DNA from: Bdellovibrionota bacterium
GTDB taxonomy: Bacteria; Bdellovibrionota_C; UBA2361; CALJRW01
NCBI GenBank assembly: GCA_041740355.1
Contig: JBGSMD010000051.1
Coordinates: forward strand, 128,001 to 192,000
Direction of reading: 5' to 3'
DNA length: 64,000 bases
In this document: positions 49,723 through 60,384 of the stretch, piece after piece
How positions within the stretch are numbered: position 1 is the stretch's first letter
Layout: every line of letters starts with the position of its first letter
Notes under the pieces: generated by a model
Told to the model about the DNA's origin: nothing
The model's database searches: none
The model's input: only the letters and a program-made list of their open reading frames with translations
Made by a program: the position numbers and the translations under genes

Positions 49723-49884
49723 TGCTTAAATATTAATTTGAAAACACAGACTGAACTATAAGGTATAGCTTATATTATTACCAATTAAATCTTTTGTTTG
49801 CTAATTATTATAATTCAAATATTGGTGGTTGTTTGTAGTCAGATACTTTGTGATGATAAGATTAACTTCAAAATTCAAGATTTA

Positions 49885-51351
49885 ATGTTAAAAACTATTT
49901 GCTCCAATCTGCTCAGCTTGCTAATTTCCTTGGAACTAGCTGGAAATTTTTGCCAGGCAGAGGTTAAATCCATAATTCAGCCAATCATCGATCAACACCC
50001 AAATCAAACTGGGACTTATCTTCTAGAGAAAGGCCAAGATGCCTTAGTCGCTAGAGCCTGGCTGGCCGCTAATGCTAGGGAGTCAATTAATGTGCAGTAT
50101 TTTATTTGGAGTGTTGATCCTGTTGGAATACTGGCGATAGAAGCTTTGCTATCAGCAGCGGAAAGAGGTGTAAAAGTTAAGGTCATAGTTGATGATTTTC
50201 TATTACAAGCAGATTCTAAAAGCTTATCGGCATTAGATGCTCACGAGAATATTGAGATCAAAGTTTATAATCCTGTCGTTCGCACTGGAGTGACGACTAT
50301 AAAAAAATACTACAATCTAATTAATAACTTCAAAAAATTTAATCAGCGAATGCATGATAAAACTTTTACTGTCGATCGAGTAGCTGGGATTACAGGTGGG
50401 AGAAACATGGCTGATGAATATTTCGATTATGATAATCAATATACTTTTCGCGACCGCGATGTATTAGTTATTGGAGATGTTGTTAATAAAATGGAACAAA
50501 GCTTTGAGCTGTATTGGAACTCAGAACTAGCAGTTGCTCTGAAGCTGCTGTATCCAATTGAACCTACAAAAAAAGAAAGCTTGAAAATCCAGAAAGATTT
50601 GCATGATTTTGCTAGCAACCCCGAGAATTATCCATCAAATATTAAAGAATCAATTAATAACTTGCAGCAGCATTTTGAAAAAATAATTGATGATTTTGAT
50701 TTTGCCAAGGTAGAATGGTTATTTGATCTACCTGGAAAGAATCTAAACACAGATCTCAGCGGCCTCGGACATAGCACAAAAAAAATAATGGAGGTATTAG
50801 AGTCAGCAAAGCAAACAATCTTAATTCAATCTCCATACCTAGTCTTAGATCAAGCGGCACTTACCTTTTTCCACAAGCTCGCCAAGCGTGGAATAAAAAT
50901 TAGAATTATTACGAACTCTTTAGAGTCAACAGATAACTTAGCAGCCTTTTCTGGCTACCATAAAATAAGGAAACAGCTTCTAGCCTGGGGTATCCAACTG
51001 TATGAATTCAAAGCCTACCCACAGATAGAAGAAACACTAATGCAGCGATACAAAGATTTAGCCAAAAAACCAATTTTTGCCATTCATGCTAAAAGCTTTG
51101 TTGTTGACCAGCAAATTGCCTATATCGGAACGTTTAATCTGGATCCTCGTTCTATTAATTTAAATACTGAAGTTGGAGTATTAATTAAAAATCAACTTAT
51201 TGCCGATAAGTTAAAGTCTGCAATTGAAGAGGATTTAAAGCCAGAGAATAGCTACAATCTTAGTTTTGAGAATCCTGAAAAAGATGTCTCGTTCGCTAAG
51301 AGGTTAAAACTTTGGTTCTATAAGTTATTACCAATTCAAAAGCTGTTATAA
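49885..51351 (+). CDS. Phospholipase D family protein (ClsC/YmdC-like)
   Basis: Two HKD motifs RMHDKTFTVD and IHAKSFVVD; GGRNMADEYF; NLDPRS..NTE. Confidence 0.93.
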   Translation: MLKTICSNLLSLLISLELAGNFCQAEVKSIIQPIIDQHPNQTGTYLLEKGQDALVARAWLAANARESINVQYFIWSVDPVGILAIEALLSAAERGVKVKVIVDDFLLQADSKSLSALDAHENIEIKVYNPVVRTGVTTIKKYYNLINNFKKFNQRMHDKTFTVDRVAGITGGRNMADEYFDYDNQYTFRDRDVLVIGDVVNKMEQSFELYWNSELAVALKLLYPIEPTKKESLKIQKDLHDFASNPENYPSNIKESINNLQQHFEKIIDDFDFAKVEWLFDLPGKNLNTDLSGLGHSTKKIMEVLESAKQTILIQSPYLVLDQAALTFFHKLAKRGIKIRIITNSLESTDNLAAFSGYHKIRKQLLAWGIQLYEFKAYPQIEETLMQRYKDLAKKPIFAIHAKSFVVDQQIAYIGTFNLDPRSINLNTEVGVLIKNQLIADKLKSAIEEDLKPENSYNLSFENPEKDVSFAKRLKLWFYKLLPIQKLL

Positions 51352-51386
51352 AGATTAACGAAAATCCCTATTTTTTTATCTTTTTC

Positions 51387-52931
51387 ATGAAAAATATCAT
51401 CCTAAGAAATACTATGAAGATAATAAGCTCTATCTTACTCCTATTTATACTCTTAGCATTTACCTTAAATAACATATCAGCTGAAAACCGCAGTCAATAT
51501 ATTCGTTCTAATAATTATTCACCGCCATATTTCTTCACCCCATCTTCCAGCGAAAGAGAATTTCCTATAAAATTTAGAACTCAAATAGTCATGCCCGGTC
51601 TTGGCAATCTAAAAATTAATTTAACTCATGTTCGGAGCATCGAATCTATTACTCTAAATTCTAAAGGCCAATTTGCGACCCAAGCAGTAGTCGCATTATA
51701 TCGAGGGATTATTACTAGCAAAGCAGGTTCATTTCCAGTCGCCGCTGAAGCGGGATTAAAAAAATCTGAAAAATATCTAAATCTTAATTTTGTACCGCTA
51801 GAAAACCCGGAACGTTTTATACAAATCCAACTAAACCTTGATCGGCAACAGGCATTCTGGAATCGAAAGCGAAATCTGCAAAAATTTAATTGTGGTACAA
51901 CTGAGCATCCACAAACTAGGAAACTCGAACTTGCGAAATCTACCCCCCGAGATACTTCAGCAAGCAATCAAATAATTGATTTGAGCTTAGATGCCGACAG
52001 CGCTTGGCAAACAATATTTGGTTCAAATGCCAACAATAAAATGCTTTCCTTAATTAATGCCACTGAGGTAATTTATGCTCGCGAGTTAGGTCTAGTATTT
52101 AATATAAAAAGAGCTAATGTTTATTCAGATCTAAGCTTCGGCTCCAGTAATCCTAGCTCGAAGCTTGATGCCTTTATTAATTTCACCCAAAATCAAACTT
52201 ACTTTAAAAAATCTGATATTTATTATTTATTTACTGGCGAATCTTTACTTGGTGGAGCAGTTGGTTTTGGAAGTGTTGGTACAGTCTGTGCTTCGTATTA
52301 CACACCAGCGGCACTTTCCATGTATAATAATGATCAAATCACCCCCTTAGTGATTGCCCATGAGATCGGACATGTCATGGGAGCCTCACATGACTTTGAA
52401 GATAACTGTGGAAATGAAAAAGCTATAATGAATCCTGTTCTTTCTCCCCCATATCCGTCAACCTTTTCTAGCTGTAGTAAAACCTCATTTGCCAATCAGC
52501 TGGAACGATATGGTAATTGCTTTGATCAGATCAAAGCGCCTGAAATACCCCAAGTTGTCAGTATTACTGGATCACTGGCTAAAACAGGCCGATTTAAAAT
52601 GAATATTAATCTAAACGAAGAGTTAACCGACTGTATGGTCGATATTAAAGCATCTAAATCTAAAGCAAAATTGAAATCAGCGAATAGCATAGCTAGCTTT
52701 CCTATTAGTATCGGTAGTTTATTAATTGAAAAGAAACTAGTTGTATCAACAAATGATTTGACTGCTAAAGGCCAAGCAGTTCCTATTTATCTACAAGCAG
52801 ATTTAACTTGTCAGGATAAGTCAGCCACAACAAATATTATTAAATTTTTTCCAACCAAGGTAATTAGCTCAAAGAAAGTTAGTATTAAAAAATGGATCAA
52901 ATTACTTAGCCAGAAACTGAATTCTTTTTAA
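51387..52931 (+). CDS. Secreted M12B/reprolysin-like zinc metalloprotease
   Basis: Signal peptide, CGT Cys-switch, HEIGHVMGASHD, Met-turn IMNP, FSSCS. Confidence 0.9.
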   Translation: MKNIILRNTMKIISSILLLFILLAFTLNNISAENRSQYIRSNNYSPPYFFTPSSSEREFPIKFRTQIVMPGLGNLKINLTHVRSIESITLNSKGQFATQAVVALYRGIITSKAGSFPVAAEAGLKKSEKYLNLNFVPLENPERFIQIQLNLDRQQAFWNRKRNLQKFNCGTTEHPQTRKLELAKSTPRDTSASNQIIDLSLDADSAWQTIFGSNANNKMLSLINATEVIYARELGLVFNIKRANVYSDLSFGSSNPSSKLDAFINFTQNQTYFKKSDIYYLFTGESLLGGAVGFGSVGTVCASYYTPAALSMYNNDQITPLVIAHEIGHVMGASHDFEDNCGNEKAIMNPVLSPPYPSTFSSCSKTSFANQLERYGNCFDQIKAPEIPQVVSITGSLAKTGRFKMNINLNEELTDCMVDIKASKSKAKLKSANSIASFPISIGSLLIEKKLVVSTNDLTAKGQAVPIYLQADLTCQDKSATTNIIKFFPTKVISSKKVSIKKWIKLLSQKLNSF

Positions 52932-52938
52932 CCTGAGT

Positions 52939-53823
52939 TTAGCTAAATCTGAAATGAAATCTTGGACTATCAATCGCGGCTGGTAAGCGTCGCTCACCCC
53001 AATGACTTGCTAGCTCTTTTATCAAGCCTTTAATCGTTGTCGCTTCCGAGGGAATAAATCCAGTGTTTAGTGGATCGCCCAAGGCAGACGCTCGTACCGA
53101 AATTTCTCGTGGCAACTCTCCGGGAAGCAAGGTATTGATACCATTTTCAAGATCAATTAACTGATTTTCTCTAGAGACCACAACACGTTCATGTGCCAGA
53201 TAAATTGCTGGCAATTTTAGCTGCTGATTTTCTAGATAAGCCAAAACTTCCGCTTCCGACCAATTGACAATGGGATACATTCGGTGATGATGTTCGTGGA
53301 CAAATCTTGTTTGGTAAGGTTGCCACCTCTCTGGAAGAGGATCCCAAATTTTTAAAGTTTCGGCATCCTCATGAACTGAAATTAATTGTTGGTGGCGGTC
53401 TTGCCTACGGGCAGCCGTGTAAATGCCATCAAACCCAAGTTCTTGAATTGCGGCATTTAGCATTTCTCGTTGTAAACTTAATCGTTGCTGATCATTTGTA
53501 TCGCTTTTTTGAGAATCAGCTAAGTTAATTTTCAAGCAAGGCAGCGAATAGCGCGTGGCGGACTCTTTCCATAATTTCTCAATTTCTGGGAAACTGTAAC
53601 CCGAGTCTAAATAGATTAAGGTCACTTCTTTTTCTTTCCGTGGAAAAGCCTTAGCTACTAAATGAGCCATGACAAGTGAATCTCGACCACCATTAAATAT
53701 TAAGCCCAGTCGGTCCTGTGTTTGGGCCGCTTCTTTAATTAAGAAAATTGCTTCGTTCTCTAAAAGAGGAACAACTGATTTGATATAGTTTGACAGATTA
53801 AAATCTGAAAGATTCTGGTTCAT
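52939..53823 (-). CDS. Divergent sulfate adenylyltransferase subunit 2 (CysD)-like protein
   Basis: LENEAIFLIKE, FNGGRDS, KAFP, YPIVNWSE, LPAIYLAHER; conserved motifs degenerate. Confidence 0.75.
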   Translation of the reverse strand: MNQNLSDFNLSNYIKSVVPLLENEAIFLIKEAAQTQDRLGLIFNGGRDSLVMAHLVAKAFPRKEKEVTLIYLDSGYSFPEIEKLWKESATRYSLPCLKINLADSQKSDTNDQQRLSLQREMLNAAIQELGFDGIYTAARRQDRHQQLISVHEDAETLKIWDPLPERWQPYQTRFVHEHHHRMYPIVNWSEAEVLAYLENQQLKLPAIYLAHERVVVSRENQLIDLENGINTLLPGELPREISVRASALGDPLNTGFIPSEATTIKGLIKELASHWGERRLPAAIDSPRFHFRFS

Positions 53824-54039
53824 GAAAAAAACCTTGGGTACGACAATGATTTAAGAATTCGGGAATTTTCGTATCTTTAGATACAATGTGGCCTGCCTAG
53901 AATTAGGCTCGACAAGGAATAAGACAGAGATATGTTGCGGGGTACGGACTCATAATATACTTATAACATAATTTACATAGGTATGACTATAGCATTTCAA
54001 AATATATTCAAATTTTTTTAAATATATTTTAAGTCTTTA

Positions 54040-54208
54040 TATAGTGATGACAAAAAATAAATTACGTAAAAATTTAATAGATCAATTTGTTTTTTTGTCA
54101 TAACTATATGATTTTATTATCCCTCCGGGGGATAGAAAGCCCATTAAGAATTTTCCTGGCCGCTTAGAAAAACTTCGCGGGCGTTATTAGCTTTTTGGGC
54201 ATTATTAT
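54040..54208. mobile_element. Composite MITE cassette in reverse orientation (B-C-A')
   Basis: TATAGTGATGACAAAAAA..TTTTTTGTCATAACTATA 54040-54108; TATCCCTCCGGGGGATAG about 54118-54135. Confidence 0.7.
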
Positions 54209-54284
54209 ATTTAACCTATGCCACCCCCTAGGGTCACTTGATGTGCTCGCACTTGATCAAATATCAAGTCGCTTAAAAATTCCT

Positions 54285-55610
54285 CTACTCTACCCAAAAA
54301 TCTTGCTGATAGCTTGGTATATATCCAACTTTCAACTTTGATGCGATCAAATCGATTTTACTATCAGCCAAGCCTTCCTTGAAGTTTGGATCTTTTTTTA
54401 GAAATAATGCGGCCACTTTAAAGACGTTAATATCTAAACGCCTTTTGAGATCTCCGGTTTTGTGATCTCCTGCTAGTAAATCTGCCAAAACAACAGAAAG
54501 TGTCTTATCGGGAAGTTGTAAAAGATAATAGATTCCTAGCTGCTTATGACTAGGATTGTTTAATTCAAACAAGCTTTTAACAACTCCTAGGTGATCAGTT
54601 TCAGGCCAACTTGCAATAATCTGTAAATGACCTAAGAGCTTTACTTGTACTTCCGGAGGTATGTTTTTTTGACATAAAGAATTAATAAAACTACTAGAAC
54701 AAAGTTTATGCATTAGCGGTGGTAATTGCTCTAAGAGCTTAGCATCTCTAGCCAAAGTGAGAAATTCTGGAAGCTTTGCTTTAGATTCAGGCGATGCATC
54801 TACCGAAGAAGAAACGAAAGGCAAAACCTCTGTAACTAGCGAAACTACTTTTGGCATTTCTTTCGGAATACTAGATAATCCAAACACTTTTTTTGCGAGC
54901 AGAGTTTTCTCATTCTGATCTATTACTTGCAAGGCGTTCTTTTCTTTTCTCGCCAGAGCAAGATTAATATCAGCGATCGTCGTATCAAATCCCTTTTGAG
55001 TAATTAATTTTCGAGTATCTATTTTGCCAATATATGGCTTAAGCGTATCTGCTACCTTTACTAATTCAGTCTCAATTAAAAGTACTTTGGCTCTGACCTG
55101 AGCTGGATTCTTACACGCTTTAATCTGATCTTCAATATTTCTGATTACTTGATGTGTACTCAGTCCATCAAATTTAAAAAAACAATGTAGGTATGTTGGA
55201 AAATCGGGAAAGCCCAGAACAGTGGAACAGACAGTGGTAAGAACTGCGGCTGTACGCCTAGCAATCATTGGGTCAGGGCTCAACAAATCACTTTTTAATT
55301 TTTGAAGATAATCCTTTGGCAACTCAGCCAATAAATTACCAGATATGCCTTTAAAAATGGAATGAGTATAAATATTAGAAGCAAAAAGACGATCGGAAAT
55401 TGCCGGATCGTAAATTATTCGATCAAGAAATTTACACAACTCATTTCCTGGATTATTAGTAAAGCGGATCGCAGTTCCTATGCGTTTAATGGTCTCTTTA
55501 GCAAAACAAAGCTGATAGGGCTGATCGGGACCAGTGCTTTGATGTAGTTGGGGCTGAAAGCCTCGCTCTCCAATTTTGATGATTATGGCAGAAGATACGG
55601 GATCGATCAT
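54285..55610 (-). CDS. Hypothetical protein (orphan, helical)
   Basis: 441-aa ORF, no signal peptide or known motif. Confidence 0.75.
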   Translation of the reverse strand: MIDPVSSAIIIKIGERGFQPQLHQSTGPDQPYQLCFAKETIKRIGTAIRFTNNPGNELCKFLDRIIYDPAISDRLFASNIYTHSIFKGISGNLLAELPKDYLQKLKSDLLSPDPMIARRTAAVLTTVCSTVLGFPDFPTYLHCFFKFDGLSTHQVIRNIEDQIKACKNPAQVRAKVLLIETELVKVADTLKPYIGKIDTRKLITQKGFDTTIADINLALARKEKNALQVIDQNEKTLLAKKVFGLSSIPKEMPKVVSLVTEVLPFVSSSVDASPESKAKLPEFLTLARDAKLLEQLPPLMHKLCSSSFINSLCQKNIPPEVQVKLLGHLQIIASWPETDHLGVVKSLFELNNPSHKQLGIYYLLQLPDKTLSVVLADLLAGDHKTGDLKRRLDINVFKVAALFLKKDPNFKEGLADSKIDLIASKLKVGYIPSYQQDFWVE

Positions 55611-55686
55611 ATAAATTTATTACATCAGCTTTGATACAAATTTACCGAGAAGGGAATCCTTAAGCAAACTTTAACTGAAAAATGAT

Positions 55687-56292
55687 CTAAAGGGGAAATT
55701 TCTGGATTAAAGAAATCAAAGAATGGCAAATAAGCTCATGCCCCTTGGAATTTGGGTGCAATCCATCAGCTGACAGATACTTTTCCTGAGCTTTATCTTT
55801 AAACTCTACTTGTAAATAAGGTATCTCTAAATCTTCACAAATGCTTTTTAAATCCTGAGAATGTAGTTCAGCGTCTGATTTTAAAAAGTAATAGTTGGCT
55901 AAAAAGGGGGTGGTTCGCTGTTGATCGAAAGATAACGGCAGAAGAAAAATGGTTGGGCAAATATCCTTAGCGCTTAACAAAATTTCTTGCCAATTCAGAA
56001 TTGTTTCAGTTCTTAAAATTAACCTTGGTTCTGATAATCCTCGACGTACAATGTCATTTAAGCCCGGGTAGATAATTATTAAATCAGGTTTTCTAACTTT
56101 TACTTCAATCTCAAAACGCGCCTTTAGATCGCGCGAGGATTGCCCACTAATACCTAAATTATATACTATGCTTTTTTCATTGTGTAGCTCAGCAAAAGAC
56201 CTAAGTCTAGCTACAAAACCTCCTTCTGGATCATTTATTCCATAGACGGTACTTGGTCCAAAGACAACAATGCTTTTAGGGAATTTATTCAT
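55687..56292 (-). CDS. SGNH/GDSL hydrolase
   Basis: FGPSTVYG, NLGISG, GLND, DGLHPNSKGH. Confidence 0.9.
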   Translation of the reverse strand: MNKFPKSIVVFGPSTVYGINDPEGGFVARLRSFAELHNEKSIVYNLGISGQSSRDLKARFEIEVKVRKPDLIIIYPGLNDIVRRGLSEPRLILRTETILNWQEILLSAKDICPTIFLLPLSFDQQRTTPFLANYYFLKSDAELHSQDLKSICEDLEIPYLQVEFKDKAQEKYLSADGLHPNSKGHELICHSLISLIQKFPL

Positions 56293-56340
56293 TAGTTCTG
56301 CTCTCTTATTCTTTGTTCAAAATTGCTTAGCTAACTTTTT

Positions 56341-57963
56341 ATGTTATGCTATCGCCCCTTAAAGCTATTTAAATTTTTGTCTACAATGCAAAATCCTACA
56401 CATTCCTCTGTGCCTATTCAAACCGAACTAGCACTTCGTCCGATGACTGACATGCAAGTTGCCCTAAATTACCCTTGCCACATTGTGACCGACGAAGATG
56501 GTCGTACACAAATTAAAGTTGAAAAATCAAAGGGAACTAAAACATTCGATTATCCTTATTCACCAGTAGCATTAATCAAAGCTTTTCAAGAAATTCTGGT
56601 AATTAGAGAAGAATATGCCACAAAATTAGCTGCCATGGTAATAACTTGTCTTTCCCCTTACCGCTCAATCGCTAAGCAGTTAAAAATATTAGCTAACCCA
56701 GATAATTTAGAATTTAGCGAAAATCTCATTCAGCAAAAAAAATCAGCTAAAGCATTTATTGCAAAAATAACTGAGTTAGAAACGGAACTAAAGCAAGACT
56801 TAACAGTTAATATCAAAACCTTACATGAAGAAGGTGGTAGCGATTTGTTAGAAAGTATTACAAATTTGGGTGATGAACGTCGGATAACCTTAGCCCCAAG
56901 TTTCTTGATTCATTTAAAACAAGAGATTGCTGAAGTTAAGGAAATTGCTCAACCACATGCTGCCTTTCAGCATTTCGCACTGAGGGTTGAAGCGGTAATT
57001 GTTCATTTATTAGATATTGAATCAAAAGACGCCTTGGTTGTGAGTGACTTACTAGCAGTTACTAAGAGTATTGTTACTCAAACACAAGATCCAATTGCCG
57101 GAGCAGTTTTCTTACAAACAAATTTACATCATTTTAGTTTACACGCTAATTTTGGTGATGGTAGTACAACTGATTTATTGTTATCTGCACAAAATACACG
57201 CCACTTAAACAATGACTTTACAACTGCAAACTTAATGGCCAGTGAAGAGGAAAGACCTTTTATTGCACGCCTTCCTTTAACTAAGGAAAAATTAAATGAG
57301 CGCCGTTGTTTTGACTATATTCGCTCTGTTAAAGGAGCGTTGTATCAAGTCTGTGAACAATTAGATACAAAGCTTGAAAATATCTGGAAAGTTTTTTCGA
57401 AATTGGAAAAGCAAGAGGAACGAAAAATATTTCTAGATCAGATAACTCACAATCCAGCGTCTTTTATATTATATCAATTGAATTCTGCTAACCCGGTTAT
57501 AGTAGTTCAAGATTTTATAGCTAAACATTCACTCCGAAAACAATATTTCCTTGATAAATCCTCGAAAGAGATTGCCTTAGGAAATGATACTCATGGAAAT
57601 GCTTCGCTAATTGACTTAATTGCCTTAGCAAGTCAAAGACTTAGCGCTAATTTTATTAAATCGCATAACTCTGCTGATAACTCACTTGGAAAAACTTTGG
57701 AAATATTAAGTGCCCATCCCAGTTTCTTAAAGGTATTTAACCTACTTTGTAACCAAACAAATAAAATGGAAGTAGTCTATGATCATTTATTTGCAGCACT
57801 GAAGGCAAAAGACGAGCCACGACTGCAGGGGTATTTAGCGATCGTTGAAAAATCGAAAGATCTGGCCAGCTTTAAAAAACTAGCTGAAAAACTAAAAACT
57901 CTAGCGACAGTACCTACGAATTCGGATCAATTATTTTCAGCATTATCATCGCCACAAGACTAA
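56341..57963 (+). CDS. Hypothetical protein (orphan, helical; start may be 56386)
   Basis: 540-aa ORF. Confidence 0.75.
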   Translation: MLCYRPLKLFKFLSTMQNPTHSSVPIQTELALRPMTDMQVALNYPCHIVTDEDGRTQIKVEKSKGTKTFDYPYSPVALIKAFQEILVIREEYATKLAAMVITCLSPYRSIAKQLKILANPDNLEFSENLIQQKKSAKAFIAKITELETELKQDLTVNIKTLHEEGGSDLLESITNLGDERRITLAPSFLIHLKQEIAEVKEIAQPHAAFQHFALRVEAVIVHLLDIESKDALVVSDLLAVTKSIVTQTQDPIAGAVFLQTNLHHFSLHANFGDGSTTDLLLSAQNTRHLNNDFTTANLMASEEERPFIARLPLTKEKLNERRCFDYIRSVKGALYQVCEQLDTKLENIWKVFSKLEKQEERKIFLDQITHNPASFILYQLNSANPVIVVQDFIAKHSLRKQYFLDKSSKEIALGNDTHGNASLIDLIALASQRLSANFIKSHNSADNSLGKTLEILSAHPSFLKVFNLLCNQTNKMEVVYDHLFAALKAKDEPRLQGYLAIVEKSKDLASFKKLAEKLKTLATVPTNSDQLFSALSSPQD

Positions 57964-57973
57964 TAGAAATCAA

Positions 57974-59290
57974 TTAGAAGAAATCTTGGCGTCCAGTTGA
58001 CCCTTGCAATACCCGAATCGCCCGATTATAGAGGGCATAATCTAATCCTCGTTTTTCTAATGCAAAAAGTCCTGCTTCCGGTTTAGGACCAACCAAGAAA
58101 TTAGCAATTGTTCGAATCTGGTTTAGATATTGTTTTGTAACGTTTGGACCAACTACTAAACTGGAAGCTACATCCCAAGTGCCTTTCAGCATCTCTCCAA
58201 AAGACTCCCCTTCCATCCGACAAATTCTGAGATAATTGGCTTGGATTAAATTAGGTAACTTGTTTCTTAAAAAACCCAGCGTCGATTGTAATTTATTATG
58301 GTCCTTCATTGGATCAAGCAAGCAGTTTACGAACAAGCTCCGTCTGACGGTATCAGGAAGCTCTGGATCTAACATTGTTTTTAATATCAGATCTTCTACC
58401 CTGGGGCCCATACTTGGCGTTAGGGAACGAGCAACAAATCTTAAATATTGTTCGGCAGGTTGCCCGTGGATTACTGCTAAGCCATGAAAACGATCAGCTA
58501 AACTATTATTATCTAGACGTAATGCTTGCACTAACAAATCTATTCCTTCAGAATCATTTGTTCCTTTTAAAATCATCGGAGCAAGTAAATGTTGAAATTT
58601 TAAACTTCCATAAGTAAGATTCCGCTCAACAACATTGATACTTTCATTAAGTAGACCATAGACCTGATTAAGTACTTCCTGATTATTTGTTCCTGCTAAA
58701 CATTGCGCCAGAACACCGGCACGATGATAACTGTTTGCATCTAAAAATTGCTCTAACAAGAATTTAGCAACAATCGGATCAGAGTTTTGGGAAACCGCAA
58801 AACGATAAGCCTCTTGCTCCTGAATTGTTGAACCAACCCAACGACCGTCTAGAATTGCTAAATTTTTTTCTCGTGTATACCCAATTTCAAACTGTGGTGT
58901 TTCTAAAAGTCTGGTAATCGCATCATTTGCTGCTTTTTGAGTTTCTAAAGCAACTTCGATTTTAGGACTGATTAATCCAGCAACTTGCATTAAGGATCGG
59001 TATTCCTCAGGTAATATTTGCTGCGATTTAGTTTCCATACCACAACTTGAAAACTCTTGGTAAAATACTTCTGTAGTAGCTTCAATTGCAGCCCTACTGG
59101 CATTCGCCTGGAGACGTTGTGTTTCAGCATTAACCTGACGTAGCGACGATTCTAAAGTTGCAATCTGTTCTTGTAGACGCACCTGCTCAGCCAAGGTGGA
59201 TTCAGGTACTGGGTCAGGAGGAACAGTTAAAGATAGAATTAAATCAGTATTTCGTAACAACACAATGAAAATATAAGAAATTGGAATCAA
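57974..59290 (-). CDS. Hypothetical protein with coiled coil and HEAT-like repeats (start uncertain)
   Basis: EQVRLQEQIATLESSLRQ coil; repeated LxGTNxxE units. Confidence 0.7.
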   Translation of the reverse strand: MIPISYIFIVLLRNTDLILSLTVPPDPVPESTLAEQVRLQEQIATLESSLRQVNAETQRLQANASRAAIEATTEVFYQEFSSCGMETKSQQILPEEYRSLMQVAGLISPKIEVALETQKAANDAITRLLETPQFEIGYTREKNLAILDGRWVGSTIQEQEAYRFAVSQNSDPIVAKFLLEQFLDANSYHRAGVLAQCLAGTNNQEVLNQVYGLLNESINVVERNLTYGSLKFQHLLAPMILKGTNDSEGIDLLVQALRLDNNSLADRFHGLAVIHGQPAEQYLRFVARSLTPSMGPRVEDLILKTMLDPELPDTVRRSLFVNCLLDPMKDHNKLQSTLGFLRNKLPNLIQANYLRICRMEGESFGEMLKGTWDVASSLVVGPNVTKQYLNQIRTIANFLVGPKPEAGLFALEKRGLDYALYNRAIRVLQGSTGRQDFF

Positions 59291-59769
59291 ATTTTACCCT
59301 AGATCGAGTACTAAGCAAGCTTGATAGCTCTGTACTCAGATTTAAGTGTCCTGATTTATTGTGATTTTTATTTTTAAAAAAAACTAGTTTCAAATATAAT
59401 TACAGTTAAGAAAACCCCAATTAATTAGCTAAGAGTAAAATAGCTATGAATAAGGCACAACATAGGCTTCCTGCATGAAAGGCGATGAATGTAGCAATAT
59501 GGAATAGTAAAAAAATTATAATTCTGCTTTAAGTCTCAGCTTAATCAATCGCTTTAGTAATTTCAAAGCAAGGTAGTATCTTAATAGGCAGCAGAATCTC
59601 CGTTAGTAATTTTGTCGAAAAATTGTTTTTCAGTTTGCTAAAGGGCCTATCTTACAATCTCCAAAAATTTTAATTTCTGAATAATTCTTTCATTTGTTCA
59701 GTCTCTTGGAATTACTTATCTTAAATATCAGCTAAATTATGTTTTTAAATTTTTTATCTTACTGATTCT

Positions 59770-59796
59770 TAAGTTTTAAGGAATGATTGTCGAAAC
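59770..59796 (+). promoter_or_regulatory. Possible sigma28-type promoter of the pilin gene
   Basis: TAAG-N15-GTCGAAAC vs consensus TAAA-N15-GCCGATAA. Confidence 0.35.
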
Positions 59797-59842
59797 TGTT
59801 AAGGCCCTACTCAAATACAAATATATCTAAAATGGTGTCGTA

Positions 59843-60382
59843 ATGAGAAGAAATTACCTAACGAATAGTCAGTCTAAAGGTTTTACTTTAGTAGAACTTC
59901 TAGTGACTATTGGTGTTTTGGGTATTTTATCGTCAATGTCCGTCGCGCAATATGAAATATTCCGACAAGCAGCTAATGATACTGCCGCAATGTCAGCAGG
60001 CAGAAATGTTGCTACTGCAATCACTGCTTACACCATTGATGGTCAATGGGATCCAAACGTTACCACTGTAATTGACTTTGAAATTAGTGCTAGTGGTGAA
60101 AATTCGCGAGGCTCGGTGGGCGATCAGTACGATTCAGAGAATTTTGGTAGCTCTACCTTTCTGCCAGGCTATTCCCATCAAAAAGGTGTCCACTTAGCAG
60201 TGGTCATTTATTTGAATAATACCTACAACTACGGAATCTACACAGGTAGTTGCAAAGGAAGCTACTCCCCAGCAGCTGGAGATGGAGATGCACGAACGGT
60301 CTATGAATTAATTGGACAAGGTTTTAGTAAGTATCCTTACGCTAGTTGGATAGTTCCAAATTCTTATGCCTGTGACGTATGA
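59843..60382 (+). CDS. Type IV pilin-like protein
   Basis: QSKG|FTLVELLVTIGVLGIL; C-terminal Cys pair. Confidence 0.9.
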   Translation: MRRNYLTNSQSKGFTLVELLVTIGVLGILSSMSVAQYEIFRQAANDTAAMSAGRNVATAITAYTIDGQWDPNVTTVIDFEISASGENSRGSVGDQYDSENFGSSTFLPGYSHQKGVHLAVVIYLNNTYNYGIYTGSCKGSYSPAAGDGDARTVYELIGQGFSKYPYASWIVPNSYACDV

Positions 60383-60384
60383 CG

